Part shown: in pieces, positions 35,895-42,599 of the stretch | Layout: every line of letters begins with the position of its first letter | Numbering within the stretch: the first letter of the stretch is position 1 | Assembly: GCA_038320275.1 (NCBI GenBank) | Contig: JBBQEB010000012.1 | Coordinates: 1 to 42,599, forward strand | DNA length: 42,599 bases | Reading direction: 5' to 3' | DNA from: Myxococcales bacterium | GTDB lineage: Bacteria; Myxococcota; Myxococcia; Myxococcales; Anaeromyxobacteraceae | Notes under the pieces: generated by a model | What the model saw: only the letters and a program-made list of their open reading frames with translations | Databases searched by the model: none | Told to the model about the DNA's origin: nothing | Position numbers and translations under genes: made by a program

Positions 35895-37610
35895 ATGAGA
35901 TCGACCGAGACCTTCCGCCGCGCGCGCGACTTCCTGCTCGCCCACCGCGAGGACTACGACACGGCCTACCGCGACTTCCGCTGGCCCGCCCTCGACAGGT
36001 TCAACTGGGCGCTGGACTGGTTCGACGTCCATGCCGAGGGCAACCGGCGGACGGCCCTGCACCTCGTGGAGGAGGACGGCTCCGAGGTGAAGATCTCCTA
36101 CGCGGAGCTCGCCGAGCGGTCGAACCAGGTGGCGGTCTTCCTGCGGCGGCGAGGCGTCGAGCGCGGCCAGCGCATTCTCATGATGCTCGACAACTCTCCG
36201 CCCATCTGGGAGGTCATGCTGGGCGCCATGAAGCTGGGGGCGGTGGTGATCCCGGCGACCTCGCTCCTCACCCCGGACGACCTGCGGGATCGGCTCGAGC
36301 GGGGGGGCGTGCGCCACGTGGTGACCGACTCCGCGGGCGCGCAGAAGCTGGGCGCCCTGGGGGGCTCGTACACGAGGACCGTGGTGGGCGAGCCGGTCGC
36401 AGGCTGGACGCCCTACGCGCAGGTCTACGAGATGCCCAGCGCCTTCCTCTCCAAGTCGGAGACGCACGCGAACGACCCGGTGCTCCTCTACTTCACCTCG
36501 GGCACGACCGCCCAACCCAAGCTCGTGATGCACACGCAGACGAGCTACCCCATCGGCCACCTCTCGACGATGTACTGGATCGGGCTGCGCGAAGGCGACG
36601 TGCACATGAACATCTCGTCGCCGGGCTGGGCCAAGCACGCGTGGTCCAACTTCTTCGCGCCCTTCAACGCCGGCGCGACCGTCTTCGTGCACAACTACGC
36701 GCGCTTCCAGGCGCAGCGGACGCTGCGGATCCTCGCCGAGCACGAGATCACCACGCTTTGCGCGCCCCCCACGGTCTGGCGGTTTCTCATCCTGGAGGAC
36801 CTCGCGAAACATCCGGTGAAGCTCCGGGAGGCCCTGTCGGCCGGCGAGCCGCTCAACCCCGAGGTCATCGAACGGGTGCAGCAGGCCTGGGGGGTGACCA
36901 TCCGCGACGGCTACGGACAGACGGAGACCACCGCGCAGATCGGCAACACGCCGGGCCAGCCGCTGAAGCCCGGTTCCATGGGGAGGCCGCTGCCCGGCTA
37001 CCGGATCGCCCTCCTCGACGCCGAGGGGCGCGAGGCGGACGAGGGCGAGATCTCCCTGGCGCTCGATCCCCGGCCCGCCGGGCTCATGAAGGGCTACGCC
37101 GGCGACCCGGACCTGAACGACTTCACCACGCGCGGGGGCCACTACCGGACGGGAGACGTCGCCCGCCGCGATGCGGACGGCTACATCACGTACGTGGGGC
37201 GGTCCGACGACGTGTTCAAGAGCTCGGACTACCGCATCAGCCCCTTCGAGCTGGAGAGCGCGCTCATCGAGCACGAGGCCGTGGCGGAGGCGGCCGTGGT
37301 GCCGAGCCCCGATCCGCTGCGGGGGCTGGTCCCGAAGGCCTTCGTCATCCTTCGGCCCGGGCAAGAGCCCTCCCGCGAGCTCGCGCTCGAGCTCTTCCGG
37401 TTCGTGCGCGGCCGGCTCGCGCCCTACAAGCGGATCCGGCGCATCGAGTTCTCGGAGCTGCCCAAGACCATCTCGGGCAAGATCCGGCGCGTCCAGCTCC
37501 GCGCCATCGAAGGAGAAAGGCCGGATCCGACCCGGCGCCGCCCGGCCGAGTTCTGGCAGGACGACTTCCCGGAGCTCAAGGACCCGGCTCGAGGCTCTCC
37601 GGCAGAATAG
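35895..37610 (+). CDS. AMP-forming short/medium-chain acyl-CoA synthetase
   Basis: GAGG SD; FNWALDWFD, YFTSGTTAQPK, SAGEPLNP, DGYGQTET, YRTGD, GRSDDVFK, LPKTISGKIRR. Confidence 0.93.
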   Translation: MRSTETFRRARDFLLAHREDYDTAYRDFRWPALDRFNWALDWFDVHAEGNRRTALHLVEEDGSEVKISYAELAERSNQVAVFLRRRGVERGQRILMMLDNSPPIWEVMLGAMKLGAVVIPATSLLTPDDLRDRLERGGVRHVVTDSAGAQKLGALGGSYTRTVVGEPVAGWTPYAQVYEMPSAFLSKSETHANDPVLLYFTSGTTAQPKLVMHTQTSYPIGHLSTMYWIGLREGDVHMNISSPGWAKHAWSNFFAPFNAGATVFVHNYARFQAQRTLRILAEHEITTLCAPPTVWRFLILEDLAKHPVKLREALSAGEPLNPEVIERVQQAWGVTIRDGYGQTETTAQIGNTPGQPLKPGSMGRPLPGYRIALLDAEGREADEGEISLALDPRPAGLMKGYAGDPDLNDFTTRGGHYRTGDVARRDADGYITYVGRSDDVFKSSDYRISPFELESALIEHEAVAEAAVVPSPDPLRGLVPKAFVILRPGQEPSRELALELFRFVRGRLAPYKRIRRIEFSELPKTISGKIRRVQLRAIEGERPDPTRRRPAEFWQDDFPELKDPARGSPAE

Positions 37611-37652
37611 TCCCTGAACGGCAGAGCTTGAATCGGAACCCTCCGACGATCA

Positions 37653-37730
37653 CGCCGGAGGCTCGGAGCAGGGCCAGCGCCGCTCAGGCACCTGCGAGCG
37701 GGCAGGGCGCGGCCCTCCTCCGACCCGGCG
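37653..37730. other. Long imperfect intergenic hairpin
   Basis: Nested pairs CGCCGG/CCGGCG, TCGGAG/CTCCGA, AGGGCC/GGCCCT, GCGC/GCGC, CGCTC/GAGCG. Confidence 0.55.
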
Positions 37731-37860
37731 CCGCACCCTCCCGAGGCGGACCGCGAACCGCCAGGGCGCCGCCCCGCCGTGATAAAGGGTCAGCCCGGAC
37801 GATCAGCGCCGGCCCTCGCGCCGGCCAGGCGGAGCCCCCGTTTCCGGGAGAGCGTCACCC

Positions 37861-39933
37861 ATGGCGAGCCCTCGCACCACCCGTACCTTCTGCATCACCG
37901 GGGCCGACGGTTCCGGGAAGACAGCGCTCGTCGAGGCCTTGCTCCGCGTCGCGGACGCCCGGCGGGCAAGTCCCGGCGGCTCCACCTCCCGCCTCGATGC
38001 CGAGCCGGAGGAGAAGAAGCGCAACTTCACCCTCTCCCTTCATCCGGAGACCTTCTGGGAAGCCGGCCGCATCTTCAACGTCATCGACACGCCTGGCTTC
38101 GCGGCGTTCCTGGCGGAGGTCGATTGGGCCCTGCGCGTCACCGATGGCGCGCTGCTCGTCGTCTCGGCAGCCACCGGCGCGCACAACCACGCCGAGCGGC
38201 ACTTCGATCTGGTGGCGGCTTCCGGACTTCCTGCGCTCGGCGTGATCGGGCGGGTCGACCACGAGCGGGCCGACTTCCCGAGCGCGGTGGCCTCCGTCGA
38301 GAGCTCCCTCAAGGTGAAGCCCATTCCCCTCCAGCTGCCCATCGGGTCCGGGGCCGGGCTGCGCGGGCTGGTGGACGTGCTCGCCATGAAGGCCCACGTC
38401 GCCGGAAAAGCCTTCGGCACGTGGACGGAGGAGGAGGTCCCTTCCGAGCTGCGGGCCATGGCGGAGGCCGCTCGCACGGCCGCGGTCGAGGCGGCGGCGG
38501 AGTCGGACGACGAGCTGCTCGGCAAGTATCTGGAAGGCACTCCGCTCACGGAGGACGAGATCTTCCGGGGGCTGGCGAAGGGCGCTCGAGGGGGTCAGTT
38601 CCTGCCGATCGCGCTGGCCGCGCCCAAGCTGGGCGTCGGGGTCCGGGAGCTGCTGGAGCTCGTGACGAGGCTCCTGCCCGGGCCCGAGGAGCGAACGCGG
38701 ACGGGCAAGGATCTGCACGGGACCGAGGTGGAGGTGGAGCCGCTCGCGAGCGGGCCTCTCGTCGCGCAGGTGTTCCGCACCACCATCGACCACTTCGCTG
38801 GACGCGTCGATTACGCCCGCATCTTCCGGGGCACGCTGCGCCCCGACGCGGTGCTCATGAACCCGCGGACGCGCAGCGAGGAGCGCATCGCCCACTTCTT
38901 CGAGACGGACGGAGCCCAGAACGACGAGGTGAAGGAGGCGGGCCCGGGCGAGCTGGTGGTGCTCATGAAGCTGAAGGACGCGCACACCGGCGACACCCTC
39001 TGCGACAGCGGGTCGCCGGTGCAGCTCCCGCCGTTCCCCCCGCCCAACCGCCCGGTCGCCTTCGCGGTGCACACAAGGAACGCCGACGACAAGGCGGCGG
39101 CCGCCCTCCACAAGCTCATCGAGGAGGACCCGTCGCTCGAGCTGACGCGCTCGCCGGAGACCGGCGAGATGCTGCTCAAGGGCATGGGGCAGGCGCACAT
39201 CGAGGTCACCGTGGAGCGCGTGAAGCGCAAGCACGGCGTCGAGATGACGCTCGGACCGCCCACCCCCGCCTATCTCGAGACGGTGACGGTGGCCGCCAAG
39301 GCGCAGGGGAAATTCAAGCGTCAGACCGGCGGGCACGGTCAGTACGGCGACGCCCACGTCGAGATCGTCCCGGCGCCGCGCGGCGCGGGCTTCACGTTCG
39401 AGGACGCCATCGTGGGCGGCGTCGTGCCACGGCAATTCATCCCCTCGGTGGAGAAGGGCATCCGCAACGCGCTGCACGCGGGGCCACTCGCGGGCTACCC
39501 GGTGGTGGACTTCACGGCGCGGCTCGTCTTCGGCAGCTACCACGACGTCGACTCGTCCGACATGGCCTTCCAGGTGGCGGGGTCGATGGCGTTCAAGAAG
39601 GCCGTGTTGGAAGCGCGGCCCATCCTGCTCGAGCCGGTCATGAGGCTCGAGGTGCGGGTGCCGGAGGAGTACGTGGGGGCGGTCCTCGGAGACCTGAACA
39701 GCCGCCGCGCCAAGGTGCAGGGCATGGAGCCGGTCGCGCGCGGCGTGCTCGTGCGCGCCCTCTGCCCGCATGCGGAGGCCACCAGCTACGACGCCGAGCT
39801 GCGCTCGCTCACGCAGGGCGTCGGTTACTTCACCATGGAGCAATCGCACTACGACCCGGTGCCCCCCCCGATCGCGCAGAAGATCGTGGAGCGGCGGCGC
39901 GCCGAAGGGAAGGTGAAGGGAGTCGAGGAGTAG
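37861..39933 (+). CDS. Elongation factor G paralog (EF-G2-like), divergent GTPase motifs
   Basis: GADGSGKT, DTPGF, EEDPSL, GMGQAHIE, KRQTGGHGQYG, GGVVPRQFIPSVEKG, GSYHDVDSSDMAF, LLEPVM, LRSLTQG. Confidence 0.92.
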   Translation: MASPRTTRTFCITGADGSGKTALVEALLRVADARRASPGGSTSRLDAEPEEKKRNFTLSLHPETFWEAGRIFNVIDTPGFAAFLAEVDWALRVTDGALLVVSAATGAHNHAERHFDLVAASGLPALGVIGRVDHERADFPSAVASVESSLKVKPIPLQLPIGSGAGLRGLVDVLAMKAHVAGKAFGTWTEEEVPSELRAMAEAARTAAVEAAAESDDELLGKYLEGTPLTEDEIFRGLAKGARGGQFLPIALAAPKLGVGVRELLELVTRLLPGPEERTRTGKDLHGTEVEVEPLASGPLVAQVFRTTIDHFAGRVDYARIFRGTLRPDAVLMNPRTRSEERIAHFFETDGAQNDEVKEAGPGELVVLMKLKDAHTGDTLCDSGSPVQLPPFPPPNRPVAFAVHTRNADDKAAAALHKLIEEDPSLELTRSPETGEMLLKGMGQAHIEVTVERVKRKHGVEMTLGPPTPAYLETVTVAAKAQGKFKRQTGGHGQYGDAHVEIVPAPRGAGFTFEDAIVGGVVPRQFIPSVEKGIRNALHAGPLAGYPVVDFTARLVFGSYHDVDSSDMAFQVAGSMAFKKAVLEARPILLEPVMRLEVRVPEEYVGAVLGDLNSRRAKVQGMEPVARGVLVRALCPHAEATSYDAELRSLTQGVGYFTMEQSHYDPVPPPIAQKIVERRRAEGKVKGVEE

Positions 39934-39989
39934 CGAGCCGGCCCCGGCATCTGCCCCTCGCCCCGCCGGTGTCGTAGGATGCGCCCGTC

Positions 39990-41867
39990 TTGGGCGCCTA
40001 CCTCAGACTCCTTCGCTTCGCAGCCCCGTACCGCGCGCGCTTCGCGGGCGCGCTGGCGTGCATGGTGGTGCTGGCGCTCTCCACCGCTGCCTACGTGAAC
40101 CTGCTCGGGCCGGTGCTCGAGTTCCTGTTCACCGGCCGGGCGCAGGCCATCGGCAGCCTGGGCAGGTTCCTGCCGTCCTTCCTCGACGTGAACGCGTGGC
40201 TGGCGCGGGTCGACCGCGAGCACGTCCTCGCCGTCCTGCCGGTCGTGATCGTGGGCGTGGCGGTGGTGAAGGGGGTCGCCTACTTCGGCCAGTTCTACCT
40301 CATGGGCATGGTGTCCCAGCGCGTGATCGCCGATCTCCGCACGTCGCTCTTCGACCACCTGCTCGGCCTCTCGCCCGCCTTCTACGGCAACCGGCACTCC
40401 GGCGACCTCATGAGCCGGTTCTCGGCCGACGTGCAGTCGGTGGAGACGGCCGTGTCGACGGCGGTGGCGAGCTACATGCGGGATGGGCTCACCATCGTCG
40501 TCATGCTGGTGAACTGCTTCGTGCTCGACTGGCGGCTGTCGCTCATGGCCTTCGTGGCGGTCCCGGCGACGCTCCTGCCCATCGTCCGCTTCGCGAAGCG
40601 CCTCAAGCGCGTGACCCAGCAGTCGCAGTCCGCGCTCGGCCGGATCTCCGAGATGGTGCAGGAGACCCTCTCCGGAATGAGGGTGGTGCAGGCCTTCGGG
40701 ATGGAGCGGTACGAGTCGGAGCGGTTCAAGGAGGAGAACCGCCGCTGGCTCGCGATCATGCGGAAGAGCTTCCTCGTGCGCGCCTTCACCTCGCCGCTCA
40801 TGGAGGTGATGGCCGCCGCCGGGCTGTCGCTGGCCATCTGGTGGGTGGGCGGCAGGATCGTCCGCGGCGAGCTCGAGGCGGGAAAGTTCTTCTCGTTCGT
40901 GGCGGCGGTCATGCTGCTCTACACGCCGGTGAAGCAGCTCGGCCGGGTGGGACAGATCGCGATGCAGGGCAGTGCCTCCGCCGAGCGCATCTTCGAGATC
41001 CTCGACGCGCGCACCTCGGTGCCGGACGCGGGCACGGGCGCCCTCACGCCCTTCGCCCGGGAGATCCGCTTCGAGGGCGTCTCCTTCTCGTACGGCGACG
41101 TGCCGGTGCTGCGCGAGGTCTCCTTCGTCGTGAGGAAAGGAGAGGTGGTGGCGCTGGTCGGGTCGTCCGGTGGGGGCAAGACCACCCTCGCGAACCTCCT
41201 GCCCCGATTCTGGGACGTCACGTCGGGGCGGATCACGGTGGACGGCATCGACGTGCGCGAGGTGACGCTCGCCTCGCTGCGGGCGCAGCTCGCGCTGGTG
41301 GGCCAGGAGACGCTCCTCTTCAACGACTCGGTGCGCGCCAACATCGCCTACGGCCGGCCAGGGCTGCGCCAGGAGGAGGTGGAGACGGCGGCCCGCATGG
41401 CCCATGCGCACGCCTTCATCGAGGCGATGCCGAAAGGATACGAGACCATCATCGGCGAGCGCGGCGCGCTGCTCTCCGGAGGCCAGCGCCAGAGGCTCGC
41501 CATCGCCCGCGCCTTCCTCAAGGATGCGCCCATCCTCCTCCTGGACGAGGCCACCAGCGCGCTCGACGCCGAGAGCGAGCGCGAGGTGCAGCGCGCCCTG
41601 GAGGCGCTCATGGGGCGCGGCACGGGCGGCGCCCGGACCACCCTCGTCATCGCGCATCGGCTCTCCACGGTCCGGAACGCCGACCGCATCGTGGTGCTGT
41701 CCGGGGGACGGGTGGCGGAGATGGGACACCACGACGAGCTCCTCGCGCGAGGCGGCGAGTACGCCCGCCTCCATCGAATCTTCGAGGGCGAAGGTGAAGG
41801 CGCGGGCCAGGGCGGCGCAGAGGGCGACCGCGCCGCGCGCCGCTCGGCCGCGGCGGCGGCGGGTTAG
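39990..41867 (+). CDS. msbA: Lipid A flippase ABC transporter (MsbA-type)
   Basis: TTG start; 6 TM; DLRTSLFDHL, GDLMSRF, GSSGGGKT, LFNDSVRANI, LSGGQRQR, LLLDEATSALD, IAHRLST; directly upstream of waaA. Confidence 0.88.
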   Translation: MGAYLRLLRFAAPYRARFAGALACMVVLALSTAAYVNLLGPVLEFLFTGRAQAIGSLGRFLPSFLDVNAWLARVDREHVLAVLPVVIVGVAVVKGVAYFGQFYLMGMVSQRVIADLRTSLFDHLLGLSPAFYGNRHSGDLMSRFSADVQSVETAVSTAVASYMRDGLTIVVMLVNCFVLDWRLSLMAFVAVPATLLPIVRFAKRLKRVTQQSQSALGRISEMVQETLSGMRVVQAFGMERYESERFKEENRRWLAIMRKSFLVRAFTSPLMEVMAAAGLSLAIWWVGGRIVRGELEAGKFFSFVAAVMLLYTPVKQLGRVGQIAMQGSASAERIFEILDARTSVPDAGTGALTPFAREIRFEGVSFSYGDVPVLREVSFVVRKGEVVALVGSSGGGKTTLANLLPRFWDVTSGRITVDGIDVREVTLASLRAQLALVGQETLLFNDSVRANIAYGRPGLRQEEVETAARMAHAHAFIEAMPKGYETIIGERGALLSGGQRQRLAIARAFLKDAPILLLDEATSALDAESEREVQRALEALMGRGTGGARTTLVIAHRLSTVRNADRIVVLSGGRVAEMGHHDELLARGGEYARLHRIFEGEGEGAGQGGAEGDRAARRSAAAAAG

Positions 41868-41869
41868 CC

Positions 41870-42599
41870 TTGTACGTCCTCTACGCGCTCGCGAGCTGGC
41901 TCGCGTTCCTCGTCCTCTTCCCGGCGCTGCTCTTCCACCCCAAGCTGCGCCACGGGCTGCCCTTCCGGCTCGGGATCTACCGGCGCTCCTTCGACCGCGG
42001 GCGCGGCAGCCCGCGCGTGTGGCTGCACGGCGCGAGCGCGGGCGATCTCCTCTCCCTGCAGCCCATGATGAAGGAGCTGAAGCGCCGCCTGCCCGGGTGC
42101 TGCATCATCGTCACCACCATCACCAACAGCGGCCTCGCCATGGCGCGCAAGAAGCTGGCCGAGGCGGACGTGGTCCTGTACGCGCCCTATGATCTGCCGC
42201 TCGCCACCCGCCGCGCCGTCCGGCAGCTCGCGCCCGATCTCCTGGTGCTGGAGTACACCGAGATCTGGCCCAGCCTCATCCGGGCGGCGCGCGCATCGGG
42301 GGCGCGCATCGCCCTCACCAACGGGCGCTTCAACCCGGACAAGCTCTCGCGTTACCGGCTCTTCTTCCGGCTCATCGGGAATCCGCTGGCCGCGCTCGAC
42401 CTGTTCCTCATGCGCTCCGACGAGGAGGCCGAGCGGGTGCTCGCGCTGGGCGCCGCGCCGGATCGGGTGTGGGTCACCGGCAACACCAAGTTCGACGCAC
42501 TGGTCCCCGACGCGCGCCCGGAGCGCGCAGAGGCGCTGCGGCAGGAGATGGGGCTCCCCTCCGGCGCGCCCGTCTTCATGGCGGGCTCGACGCACGAGG
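41870..42599 (+). CDS. waaA: 3-deoxy-D-manno-octulosonic-acid (Kdo) transferase, 3'-truncated; missing from the supplied ORF track
   Basis: TTG start: MYVLYALASW...VWLHGASAGD, TTITNSG, YAPYDLP, EYTEIWP, NGR, TGNTKFD, AGSTHE at window end. Confidence 0.92.
   Translation, partial: MYVLYALASWLAFLVLFPALLFHPKLRHGLPFRLGIYRRSFDRGRGSPRVWLHGASAGDLLSLQPMMKELKRRLPGCCIIVTTITNSGLAMARKKLAEADVVLYAPYDLPLATRRAVRQLAPDLLVLEYTEIWPSLIRAARASGARIALTNGRFNPDKLSRYRLFFRLIGNPLAALDLFLMRSDEEAERVLALGAAPDRVWVTGNTKFDALVPDARPERAEALRQEMGLPSGAPVFMAGSTHE

Noticed and set aside
39990..41867. MsbA-type transporter as substitute flippase for the exo-like operon
   Set aside because: Adjacent to waaA and 20 kb away; lipid A flipping is the simpler explanation

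Overview
Very GC-rich bacterial chromosomal window. Gene content and style suggest Myxococcota, probably Anaeromyxobacter-like (inference, no search run). In order: (1) a 5'-truncated class-IV PLP aminotransferase, a SpoIID/LytB protein and an orphan sigma54 enhancer-binding response regulator. (2) A ~15 kb Wzy-type polysaccharide operon (5261-20428) behind a GG-N10-GC sigma54 promoter, resembling the Myxococcus xanthus spore-coat exo genes merged into one locus. It has a YvcK/ExoF gene reduced to a 57-codon remnant, a tyrosine kinase with Walker A K->R, and no Wzx flippase. (3) sdhCAB on the minus strand, a LOG protein and a PAS kinase/single-domain receiver pair. (4) lpxB-GT2-marC. (5) A complete citrate lyase cluster citC-D-[PPC/DUF296]-E-F-X-G with no transporter or recognisable oxaloacetate decarboxylase; citG carries a 99-bp in-frame palindromic insertion flanked by direct repeats. 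(6) DJ-1/PfpI, acyl-CoA synthetase, a divergent EF-G paralog, msbA and a 3'-truncated waaA. No tRNA, rRNA, CRISPR array or transposase was seen. Best novelty candidates are the His-triad PPC/DUF296 gene inside the citrate lyase operon, the MITE-like insertion in citG, and the remodelled exo locus. All family calls come from motif recognition by eye.
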